From Candidatus Woesebacteria bacterium GW2011_GWA1_39_21 (lineage in GTDB: Bacteria; Patescibacteriota; Microgenomatia; UBA8517): a stretch of 64,000 nt of DNA. Location of the stretch: the NCBI GenBank assembly GCA_000993685.1, contig LBWP01000002.1, positions 7,993 to 71,992 of the forward strand, written 5' to 3'. Numbering within the stretch: position 1 is the stretch's first letter; every line of letters starts with the position of its first letter. The notes under the pieces are model-generated. The model searched no databases, was not told the origin of the DNA, and worked only from the letters and a program-made list of their open reading frames with translations. Made by a program: the position numbers and the translations under genes. This document shows, in pieces, positions 39,014-47,261 of the stretch.

Positions 39014-39694
39014 ATGGCAAAATTTGCACAAAAAATAGAAGCCAGAAAATTGAGAAGAAAAGGTCAAAGTATAAAAGGAATTGCAAAATCACTTAATGTT
39101 TCTCCAGCTTCAGTAAGTGAATGGTGTCATGATATCAGTCTTACTGTTAACCAGATAAAGATTTTAGAACTACACTCAAGGGATCCTTCTTATGGTAGAA
39201 GATTAACTTATTCATTAAAACAGAAGCAACAAAGGGTAGAAAAAACAAAAAGGTTAATGGAAGAAGGAAAAAAAGATGTTGGAATTTTAAGTGAACGCGA
39301 ACTTTTTATAGCTGGGATTGCTCTATATTGGGCTGAAGGGTTTAAGAAAGATAGTCAAGCTGGTTTGGCAAACCTTGATCCTTACATGATTAAATTTTTT
39401 ATTAGGTGGTTGAATGAATGTTTTCACTATCATGTTGACAATCTCATTTTGAGAGTAACTGTAAATATAAGTCATAAAGAGAGAATTAACGAGATTGAGG
39501 GATATTGGTCTACGGTTACAGGATTTCCTGTAGATAAATTTCAAAAACCTTTTTTTCAGAAGGTTTTGTGGAAAAAAGTATATGAGAACCCCAATGACTA
39601 TCATGGAATATTAAGAGTAAAAGTTAGGAAAAGCGTCGATTTTTTGAGAAGACTAAATGGTTGTATTGAAGGTTTGAGAATGACTACAGATTAA
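39014..39694 (+). CDS. HTH-domain DNA-binding protein of unknown function
   Basis: An N-terminal resolvase/psq-like HTH is present (KGQSIKGIAKSLNVSPASVSEW). The C-terminal ~150 aa has an IAGIALYWAEGF segment. It lies immediately upstream of the tRNA cluster. Confidence 0.4.
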   Translation: MAKFAQKIEARKLRRKGQSIKGIAKSLNVSPASVSEWCHDISLTVNQIKILELHSRDPSYGRRLTYSLKQKQQRVEKTKRLMEEGKKDVGILSERELFIAGIALYWAEGFKKDSQAGLANLDPYMIKFFIRWLNECFHYHVDNLILRVTVNISHKERINEIEGYWSTVTGFPVDKFQKPFFQKVLWKKVYENPNDYHGILRVKVRKSVDFLRRLNGCIEGLRMTTD

Positions 39695-39798
39695 GATAAA
39701 ATACGTGTTACGCCAGGGTGGCTCACTCGGTACCTGCCCGCAATCGCTAAAGCGATAGCCTTTTGCAGACGGGGAGCACAGGATTAATCACAAAAATT

Positions 39799-39835
39799 GC
39801 CAACGTAGCTCAGCGGTAGAGCAATCGTTTCATAA
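39799..39835 (+). other. truncated 5' copy of tRNA(CAU) (acceptor 5' strand, D-arm, anticodon stem 5' side and loop)
   Basis: Sequence gccaacgtagctcagcggtagagcaatcgtttcataa parallels the first 37 nt of the intact tRNA 11 nt downstream. It then diverges, with no 3' half. Confidence 0.45.
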
Positions 39836-39846
39836 CACAAACATTT

Positions 39847-39918
39847 GCCAAGGTAGCTCAGTGGAAGAGCACGCGTTTCATAAGCGCGGTGTCGAGAGTT
39901 CGATCCTCTCCCTTGGCA
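39847..39918 (+). tRNA. tRNA-Met or Ile2 (anticodon CAU), CCA not encoded
   Basis: I hand-folded a cloverleaf. The acceptor pairs gccaagg/ccttggc. The D-stem pairs gctc/gagc. The anticodon stem pairs cgcgt/gcgcg around loop ttcataa, giving anticodon CAU. The T-arm pairs gagag/ctctc with loop ttcgatc. Confidence 0.75.
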
Positions 39919-40090
39919 CAACAATTTTGAGACATATCAGAATTTTCTGCCATAAACCCGCGGTCGTGGGAGAGTAACCAATTTGTCTTAGGCGGGCGAA
40001 TTGTCGATTCCCACCTCTGGCGCCAGTTTTATCTCCCAAAATGCTTCAAGCCATTTCTCTTTAGTAATTTATTAAGATATAATTCGCTGC

Positions 40091-40363
40091 ATGAAAGCCA
40101 TTAAACAGTTTGTTGAGGAATTAGTAAAGAATAAGGAGAGAGTACTTAAAAGAGAAATTTCAGATATGGAGGCACGGGTTATTCTGGCTGAAAGCGGGAA
40201 ATTTCCTGAGATGAATGAAGAGCTAAGACTAAGAGCAATAGCTTCGAGCGCCGAACATAGGAACAAAGGAACGCTTTTGGGAAGACAAAAATATATTTTA
40301 GATGGAGAAAAGCAGTTAAGGGCAATTATTTTGGGAAAAGAAAGAGATCGAGAGGGGGATTAA
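40091..40363 (+). CDS. hypothetical small protein
   Basis: The ORF encodes a charged alpha-helical protein. I recognise no family. Confidence 0.3.
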   Translation: MKAIKQFVEELVKNKERVLKREISDMEARVILAESGKFPEMNEELRLRAIASSAEHRNKGTLLGRQKYILDGEKQLRAIILGKERDREGD

Positions 40364-40408
40364 TTACGAAAAGAGTATCGCAGCTTAATTGTCTTTCCAT
40401 TTCTTTAC

Positions 40409-40593
40409 TGGTATAATAATTCTCACAATTTAACAAAAGCTGCGAAGGGATTGATTGGGATCCTGGAGCTGAATAGGCATTAGTCTATTACGGAGGCGAA
40501 ACCGTAAAAGTCAGCAGCAATTGTCGCGCAAGCGGAGATTGTATCAAATAAGGTTTATTCATTGATATAACTCTTCTTCCGAAGAGTTTTTTA
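40409..40593 (+). ncRNA. candidate small RNA (~170 nt) with its own promoter and terminator
   Basis: An extended -10 (tggtataat, 40409-40417) and a -35-like ttgtct (40388) are present. The region has no ORF and shows long-range complementarity (gctgc...gcagc). It ends at terminator 40571-40593. Confidence 0.3.
40571..40593 (+). terminator. rho-independent terminator
   Basis: Hairpin ctcttc-ttcc-gaagag is followed by tttttt. Confidence 0.6.
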
Positions 40594-40711
40594 ATGGATC
40601 GACAAAACAAGGTGGCAACGTCTTTTAGCTGTTAGCAGTTGGAGTTTAGAAATTAGTTAGAAGGCCCTTGTTTGATCATCATATTTTGGTGGTTAAGCAA
40701 GGGCTTTTTAT

Positions 40712-40921
40712 ATGAAAGAAAATTGTAAAACGTGTGGAGGAAAAGGTGTTATAGATATTGCACAAACTTGGCATGAACTAACGCTATGGTGTCCAAAGTG
40801 CGAAAGGGAAAAATTCGAACATGCGAGTGAGGTTTATATAAAAAAATATGGAATTGACAATTCGAAATCATTGATAAGTTTGGGAAATGAGATGGACGTA
40901 CAAAACAAAATGGAAGATTGA
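40712..40921 (+). CDS. small zinc-ribbon protein
   Basis: Motifs CKTCGGKG and CPKCERE give two CxxC pairs. Confidence 0.35.
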   Translation: MKENCKTCGGKGVIDIAQTWHELTLWCPKCEREKFEHASEVYIKKYGIDNSKSLISLGNEMDVQNKMED

Positions 40922-40971
40922 TAAATTGGTTTTATAAAATTTATATGTTTATAGTAAGATAGTAATCAATT

Positions 40972-42027
40972 ATGAAAAAACGAATATTATCAGGAATTAG
41001 AGCCACCGGCAGGCTTCATTTGGGAAATTATCTTGGAATGATTAAAGGAATGCTTACTCTTCAAGATGATCCCGAGTATGAAGTTTTCTTCATGGTCGCA
41101 GATTTGCACGCACTAACGACTCCGTTTGATCCGAAAACGTTGGGACCAAACTCCAGAGACGTTGTTTTGGACTATCTTGGCGCAGGTCTTGATCCGGAAA
41201 AAGCGTCGGTTTTTATCCAATCGCACGTTCGAGAACACGTCGAACTTTCCTATCTGTTTTCGACTGAAGTGACAATTGCGAGGTTGGGTCACTTACCAAC
41301 CTACAAAGACAAGCTTAAACAGTTTCCGGAAAATAATACCTTGGCGCTTTTGTACTACCCGGTTTTAATGGCTGCAGATATTTTGCTTTATAAAACGGAA
41401 CTTCTTCCGGTCGGGGATGACCAGCTGCCACATCTTGAGATCTCTCGCGAAATTGCAAGAAAGTTTAATGAAAAATACGGGATGGATTTCCCGGAGCCGG
41501 GACAAATTAAAACAGAAGGACATTACGTTCCATCGCTAACGGGAGAAGGAAAGATGAGTAAGTCGGTAGAAGGGAGTTACATTAATCTGACTGACGATTT
41601 GACGACAATTAAGGAAAAGTTGGCAATAGTTCCGACAGACTCTGGAAAAGGTAAAATCGAAACTCAAAACTCAAATGTCAAAAGTCAAAATGACAACTCA
41701 AAACTCAAAATTTATAAATCTGGAGGAATCGAGTCGAAGGGGATATCTGCATTAATGGCACTGGTAGACTTATTTGAAGGTGAAGAAAAAAGAAAAGAAT
41801 ATGAAGAGAAATATTTGGGAGAGGGTGTTCGGTACGGTAATTTGAAAAATGAACTAGCTGAAGAAATTTATAAAGAACTTGAGCCGATTCAAGCGCGAAG
41901 GAAAAAGTACGAAGACGATCCGGATTTGGTAGAGAAAATCTTAAAAGACGGTGCCGAAAAAGCTCGAAAAATCGCCAAGGAAACAGCCAGAAGATTTGGA
42001 AGGAAAACAGCTTCCTTTTGTTATTAA
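40972..42027 (+). CDS. trpS: tryptophanyl-tRNA synthetase
   Basis: The HIGH motif reads GRLHLGNY. KMSKS is present. It carries an in-frame insertion KIETQNSNVKSQNDNSKLKIY encoded by a repeat also found in the polA-like gene. Confidence 0.9.
   Translation: MKKRILSGIRATGRLHLGNYLGMIKGMLTLQDDPEYEVFFMVADLHALTTPFDPKTLGPNSRDVVLDYLGAGLDPEKASVFIQSHVREHVELSYLFSTEVTIARLGHLPTYKDKLKQFPENNTLALLYYPVLMAADILLYKTELLPVGDDQLPHLEISREIARKFNEKYGMDFPEPGQIKTEGHYVPSLTGEGKMSKSVEGSYINLTDDLTTIKEKLAIVPTDSGKGKIETQNSNVKSQNDNSKLKIYKSGGIESKGISALMALVDLFEGEEKRKEYEEKYLGEGVRYGNLKNELAEEIYKELEPIQARRKKYEDDPDLVEKILKDGAEKARKIAKETARRFGRKTASFCY
41662..41712 (+). repeat. in-frame ~51 nt repeat copy A (inside trpS)
   Basis: Sequence aactcaaaactcaaatgtcaaaagtcaaaatgacaactcaaaactcaaaatt shares 33 nt of exact identity with 46201-46252. 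It contains the tgtca/tgaca inverted repeat. Confidence 0.8.
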
Positions 42028-42416
42028 TCTGGAAAAAAAGAAAATCGGCCTGGAGGGTGATCATTCTGAAGGGATGATGTTAATGGCTGTGGCGTCAAAA
42101 AAGGAAATGGGGCAGGATCCGGTAAAGGTTGGCGAGGAAGAAGTTGACGAGTATCCAATTTTGTTCGACCTTCCCGAGAAAGTTTCAAACGGAACAAGAG
42201 TAATGTAGGGAATTTGAGTTTACGCGTAAGAGGAAGGAAGTGGAAAATTTCTTTGTATTCTCCATACTTATACTTCCTACAACAACGAATTCTTACATGT
42301 TATAATTCAGCTTGTTTACAGGGAGACTTGTTACTTTACGTAAACGGGTGGAAGTGTTTTGTGGTAAGATAACTGCTACTTCTGTCTCAGGCAGAGATTA
42401 GGTTTCCAAAAATATT

Positions 42417-44354
42417 ATGTTACCGGTTAAATTCAAACTTGTAAAAATCAAAAGTCCCAAAGATCTTGAAAAATTGGTAAAAAGGGATCAAAAACAAGAT
42501 TTGCAAAAAGGGAAGGAAAAAGGTAAAGATGGAAAAAAGAAGGTTGAACTGAAGGTCAAGATTAATCTTTGGAAAGTTCTCATTGTAATCGTTCTCTTTA
42601 TATTTTTCGCCCCGTTTCTTTTTTCTGTTTTTGAAGTTGCAAACTCCAGTCAAAAAGAAGATATCTCGCAGGTACTAACAGACATTAAGGACCACAAAGT
42701 TAAAGAGGTTGTTGTCGAAGGGTCGAAACTCGTTTTGACTTATCAGGATGGCACGATTAAGACGGCTACAAAAGAACCTGCGGAAAGTTTTGCCGAGCTT
42801 TTAAAAAGCGAAGATATCAAACCCTCCGATGTTAAATATAGTGTTGTCGACCAATCGCTATCCCAGACCTTGGGAAGTATTTTAGGGATAGTCCTTCCGA
42901 TTGTCATTACAGGAGTGATCTTTTTCGCCATCCTTCGAGCGCAGAACCGAAGTGCACAAGATATTTTTTCCTTTGGTAGAAGTAAGGCCAAGCTGTTTTC
43001 AAAAGGTAAACAGGATGTAACTTTTGCCGACGTTGCTGGAGTAGACGATGCTAAAAAAGAATTGGAAGAAATTGTCGACTTTCTGAAAAACCCGGCGAAG
43101 TATCGAAAAATTGGCGCGCGTACACCCAAGGGAGTATTGCTTTTTGGCCCGGCGGGAGTTGGTAAAACATTATTGGCAAGAGCTGTTGCCGGACAAGCTG
43201 GAGTACCCTTCTTCTCAATGGCAGGGAGTGAATTTATGGAAATGCTTGTCGGAGTTGGGGCCTCGAGAGTGCGCGATCTGTTCGCTACCGCAAAGGCGCA
43301 GTCTCCCTCCATTATTTTTATAGATGAAGTAGATGCCATCGGACGACAGAGGGGTCGCGGTTTTATTGGTGGACATGACGAAAGAGAGCAAACCTTGAAC
43401 CAGATACTTGTAGAAATGGATGGCTTTACTCCAAATGACAACGTTGTAGTTATTGCTGCGACTAATCGCGGAGATCTTTTAGATCCGGCTCTTTTAAGAC
43501 CTGGTCGCTTTGACAGAAGGGTAATGCTTGACATGCCTGACAAAGATGGGCGTTTGGCTATTTTAAAAATTCACGCCAAAGGTAAAAAATTTGTTAATAA
43601 GATCGACTGGGAAAAAATTGCCGATTCAACCGTCGGTTTTTCCGGAGCAGATCTTGAGAACATGTTAAACGAAGCGGCGATTCTGGCCGCCCGTGATGAC
43701 AAGGAAGCAATTGAGCAGAAAGATATCGATGAAGCCGCAACTAAGGTTAAACTGGGTCCTGCGAAAAAGAGAATGCAATCTGAGGAAGATAAAAAAATTA
43801 CAGCCTATCATGAGGCTGGTCATGCTATCGTCACGCACTTTCAGGCCCATATGGATCCGGTACAAAGAATTTCGATTGTCGCAAGAGGGATGAGTCTTGG
43901 TCACACGCTGATTCCACCGGCTGCTGATCGTACGCACGAGACAAAAACTAGGATTCAGGAACAGGTCGCGGCGATGTTGGGAGGAAGAGCGGCTGAGGAA
44001 GTGGTCTTTAATGAAATGACTTCTGGGGCAAGTAACGATATCGAACAAGCCACCCGGCTTGCCCGAGCAATGGTGGTTGAATTTGGAATGAGCCCACTTG
44101 GCCCGATCAATTTAGGTCCACAGTACGATTCTGACGAAATGGGTAAGGCAATGTATTATGAACCAGCAAATATTTCTCCGGCAATGCTGGAAAAAGTGGA
44201 TGCAGAAATTAAAAAAGTAATGGATGCAGCTTATAAAGAAGCAGTGGTATTGGTTAAGAAAAATAAAACGAAACTGGACAAAGTGGCTGCGGAACTTCTC
44301 AAAACAGAAACCCTTGATCGAGAACAGTTTGAAAAGATTGTTGGGAAGAAATAA
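42417..44354 (+). CDS. ftsH: ATP-dependent zinc metalloprotease FtsH
   Basis: A TM helix is present. The AAA Walker A is GPAGVGKT. Walker B is IIFIDEVDAIG, with SRH downstream. The zinc site HEAGHAIV is present. Confidence 0.9.
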   Translation: MLPVKFKLVKIKSPKDLEKLVKRDQKQDLQKGKEKGKDGKKKVELKVKINLWKVLIVIVLFIFFAPFLFSVFEVANSSQKEDISQVLTDIKDHKVKEVVVEGSKLVLTYQDGTIKTATKEPAESFAELLKSEDIKPSDVKYSVVDQSLSQTLGSILGIVLPIVITGVIFFAILRAQNRSAQDIFSFGRSKAKLFSKGKQDVTFADVAGVDDAKKELEEIVDFLKNPAKYRKIGARTPKGVLLFGPAGVGKTLLARAVAGQAGVPFFSMAGSEFMEMLVGVGASRVRDLFATAKAQSPSIIFIDEVDAIGRQRGRGFIGGHDEREQTLNQILVEMDGFTPNDNVVVIAATNRGDLLDPALLRPGRFDRRVMLDMPDKDGRLAILKIHAKGKKFVNKIDWEKIADSTVGFSGADLENMLNEAAILAARDDKEAIEQKDIDEAATKVKLGPAKKRMQSEEDKKITAYHEAGHAIVTHFQAHMDPVQRISIVARGMSLGHTLIPPAADRTHETKTRIQEQVAAMLGGRAAEEVVFNEMTSGASNDIEQATRLARAMVVEFGMSPLGPINLGPQYDSDEMGKAMYYEPANISPAMLEKVDAEIKKVMDAAYKEAVVLVKKNKTKLDKVAAELLKTETLDREQFEKIVGKK

Positions 44355-44378
44355 CAGGAGGTAAGACAGCGTAGACAA

Positions 44379-44975
44379 CTACCAAGCGGTTCGTTTTTGT
44401 TTCAGATTTCTCATCAACCCGGCAGCGTAGCCTCCGGGAACAGTTGTGGTTTCTTTGATTCCCAATACTTTCAGAAAATCCAGAATTTTTTGATAACTTT
44501 TTTTAACACCGCCTTTGTTTTTAATAGATTCGACTTCGATGAAATACCCAAGATTTTTAACCTCGTCCAGCGCAATTTCAAACTCATTTTTATTGTAAAT
44601 TGTTCTTTTTTTGTCGACTGTCACAAAATTTTCAAAATTCAGAGCTTTGAGAATGTTTTCTATCTGCTCTTTGTTTGCAACTTCTGTTTCGTACTCGTGA
44701 CAGTGGGTCGTGTTTTTAACGCCTTCCGGATACCAATGTTTGAAGTTAAGTGTTACTTTTCCGTCGCGCTGCCGAACCGCCAACCATTTGTAAGGATATT
44801 TTGGCTTTAAAAAACTCTTATCAACCGGATTATAGTAAGCGTCGATGTGGTGAGAAGTTTTTATTTTTTTGGCAATTTTGGAGAGCTGCTTTTCAATTTT
44901 ATCGAACCTCGTTTTTGTCAGCTTAATTTTTATTTCTACTTCAACATTGTCATTAGCCATTAGCGTATTATACAC
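44379..44975 (-). CDS. CYTH-domain protein (class IV adenylyl cyclase / triphosphate tunnel metalloenzyme family)
   Basis: The N-terminal motif is VEVEIKIKL. Later tunnel motifs are present (HCHEYETEV, EFEIALDEV, YFIEVESI). Confidence 0.55.
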   Translation of the reverse strand: MYNTLMANDNVEVEIKIKLTKTRFDKIEKQLSKIAKKIKTSHHIDAYYNPVDKSFLKPKYPYKWLAVRQRDGKVTLNFKHWYPEGVKNTTHCHEYETEVANKEQIENILKALNFENFVTVDKKRTIYNKNEFEIALDEVKNLGYFIEVESIKNKGGVKKSYQKILDFLKVLGIKETTTVPGGYAAGLMRNLKQKRTAW

Positions 44976-45038
44976 ATTATGACTTGCACTCGTGGGGTTT
45001 GGACATCAAAGATTGTTGAAAAAAAATGACAAAAATAT

Positions 45039-45623
45039 TCAGTCAGGGATTGCAATTGTTTTTTTATAGGGATTTAACTTGTCTTCTCGTGTCGGTTTAT
45101 AACCTTCTGGTAAATTGCGTTTTCTTGCTTCCAACAACTCTTCCACTTGTCTTCTCAACTCTTTGTAAGTTGGGCTGTTTCGCAACGGTCGAAAACCGAA
45201 AGTGAAGCGTGGAATCTTCTTTAAGTATTCAAGTTGTCCCTCAAGTGCCCCAATTTCTGCGGTGTCCAAATTATGTGGTGGTACGCCTCCTATCTCTTTT
45301 GGTGACAAACCGCTTCTCAACGCATGGATGAATTGTTCGATATGGAAAAACTCGTGTACAGCGAGACTTTCGTTGCCGCCGTGTTCAATAAAAGGCACTG
45401 ACGTATTTTTAGTACCGTCAGTGTGTATTTCTGTAAATCCGAAAGGGGTGTCTCGTTCGATAATATTTATGCCACAACCCCGAAATTTTTCGGCCATCTC
45501 TCTGATTTTCAAAGGAGAGAGGTGTTCTCTCTTGATGATTTCTGAAATTAATGGCGCATTGGAATAAAGTTCTTTATCTGATTTGTTGAAATGGGAGGAA
45601 TCTACTTCAATGTTGTTTTCCAT
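45039..45623 (-). CDS. hypothetical protein with HExxH motif
   Basis: The only recognisable feature is HEFFHIEQF, a zincin-like HExxH...E arrangement. Confidence 0.3.
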   Translation of the reverse strand: MENNIEVDSSHFNKSDKELYSNAPLISEIIKREHLSPLKIREMAEKFRGCGINIIERDTPFGFTEIHTDGTKNTSVPFIEHGGNESLAVHEFFHIEQFIHALRSGLSPKEIGGVPPHNLDTAEIGALEGQLEYLKKIPRFTFGFRPLRNSPTYKELRRQVEELLEARKRNLPEGYKPTREDKLNPYKKTIAIPD

Positions 45624-45844
45624 TTAATAATAAGTGTAACAAAGTCTTCGAGCTGAATATATATTGGGTTGAACAATATTCAGAAATTCTTCAGCAGCTT
45701 GATTAGATGTGGTCATTTCACCTGTCATTTGGGTTATTGTATATTACAGGGATTTTTTCGGGTAAAATACAGAAGTGGAGTAAAAGAACAAGAGGGTGAA
45801 AGAGTAAAAATATATGAGCGGAAATGTAAATGGAGGTGTAGAAA

Positions 45845-47260
45845 ATGTCTAAACTTATACTTATAGATGGGAATGCGATTATGCATCGGGCGTATCACGC
45901 ACTGCCTCCGCTGACGACAAAATCCGGCGAGCCGATTAATGCTGTTTACGGTTTTATCTCGATGCTTTTGGGGATAATAGCTGATATGAAACCGACGCAT
46001 CTTGCAGTATGTTTTGACAGACCCGAAAAAACTTTTCGCAGGGAAAAATATATCCACTACCAAGCCCAGCGGCCGGAAATGGATGATTTATTGGTTACTC
46101 AAATAACCAAAATGCACGGTGTTTTGCAAGCTTTTAAAATTCCTGTTTATGAAAAAGCCGGATATGAGGCGGATGATTTGCTTGGCACAATTGCCAAGCA
46201 AACTCAAAACTCAAATGTCAAAAGTCAAAATGAAAAATCAAAACTTAAAATTGATGAAACAGTGATTGTAACTGGAGATAGGGATATCTTTCAGTTGATT
46301 ACTAAAAAAGTCAAAGTATATTTCCCGATAAAAGGAATTAAGGAAGGAAAATTATACGGCGTTTCTGACGTCAAACACGAATTTGATTTTGAGCCGATTA
46401 AAATGATTGACTACAAATCTCTGGTGGGGGATTCTTCAGATAATTACCCCGGAGTTACCGGAATAGGTCCAAAAACGGCGATTGGTTTACTGAACAAATT
46501 TCAAACAAAACAAAACATTTATAAACACCTTGAAGACATTCCGGAAAAAACCAGGACAAAATTAGAGCAGGGAAAAGATATGGCAGACATGTCGTACGAC
46601 CTGGCGACAATCCGCACAAATGTTCCAGTTGAGGTAGACATCAAAAAAATGGGCGATTGGGATTTGGGGAGCATGGAGGCAATAAGGCTTTTTATGAGTT
46701 ATGGTTTTAGAACCTTGCTTGGAAGAATTACAAACGGGAACGAAGTGGCGAAAGTTGCAGCCTTAAAAAAAGACCTGAAGAAAAGAGACGTTGAAGAAGT
46801 AGCAATTGTTTTGGCTAAAAAATTAAAAAATGGTCAATTTGCAATACGCGGAACAGCAAATATGGTTTTGCAAGGTCTGGATATGGGTGTAGCCGATATT
46901 GATTTAATTGCAGATAAAGATACCGCGCTTTCGATGAATAAAATATTTAATAAAGAGCTATTGGAAGAGGTGAAGTTTTCAGAAGCGGACAAGTTCAGAT
47001 CGTACTTCGGAAAGTTTGTTATAAAAGGCGTTTTGGTAGAGATGATGGGAGAATTTCAAGTCAAAGATAAAAATGGTGTGTGGAGCGAAAAATTGGACGC
47101 TTCGGAGGATGAAGTCGTTGAAATAAAAATTGCTGGAAATAAAGTAAAAGTTACGAGACTGGATTTAGAAATGAAATTTTCAGCAATGATGGGCCGCTTC
47201 AACGAGTTAAATAAAATTAAGAAACAGGTTGACTTGAAGCTACAGGGAAGCTTGTTTTAA
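45845..47260 (+). CDS. standalone PolI-type 5'-3' exonuclease (FEN) fused to C-terminal nucleotidyltransferase-like domain
   Basis: The N-terminus is MSKLILIDGNAIMHRAYHALPPL...VYGFISML. H3TH is GDSSDNYPGVTGIGPKTA. The C-terminal ~180 aa carries GTANMVLQGLDMGVADIDLI (G[ST]x9-13D.D, pol-beta NTase-like). It carries the in-frame repeat insertion TQNSNVKSQNEKSKLKID. Confidence 0.8.
   Translation: MSKLILIDGNAIMHRAYHALPPLTTKSGEPINAVYGFISMLLGIIADMKPTHLAVCFDRPEKTFRREKYIHYQAQRPEMDDLLVTQITKMHGVLQAFKIPVYEKAGYEADDLLGTIAKQTQNSNVKSQNEKSKLKIDETVIVTGDRDIFQLITKKVKVYFPIKGIKEGKLYGVSDVKHEFDFEPIKMIDYKSLVGDSSDNYPGVTGIGPKTAIGLLNKFQTKQNIYKHLEDIPEKTRTKLEQGKDMADMSYDLATIRTNVPVEVDIKKMGDWDLGSMEAIRLFMSYGFRTLLGRITNGNEVAKVAALKKDLKKRDVEEVAIVLAKKLKNGQFAIRGTANMVLQGLDMGVADIDLIADKDTALSMNKIFNKELLEEVKFSEADKFRSYFGKFVIKGVLVEMMGEFQVKDKNGVWSEKLDASEDEVVEIKIAGNKVKVTRLDLEMKFSAMMGRFNELNKIKKQVDLKLQGSLF
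46201..46252 (+). repeat. in-frame ~51 nt repeat copy B (inside 5'-3' exonuclease gene)
   Basis: Sequence aactcaaaactcaaatgtcaaaagtcaaaatgaaaaatcaaaacttaaaatt sits at the position where canonical FEN domains have a short loop. Confidence 0.8.
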
Positions 47261-47261
47261 T

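Noticed and set aside
39014-39694. LAGLIDADG homing endonuclease call for the HTH protein (segment IAGIALYWAEGF)
   Set aside because: Spacing between the conserved Gly residues does not fit the LAGLIDADG motif and only one such segment exists. It is kept as an HTH protein of unknown function.
41951-42208. 85-aa ORF overlapping the 3' end of trpS
   Set aside because: It overlaps trpS by 77 nt in another frame. Its composition is charged and low-complexity, and it has no RBS. It is likely spurious.
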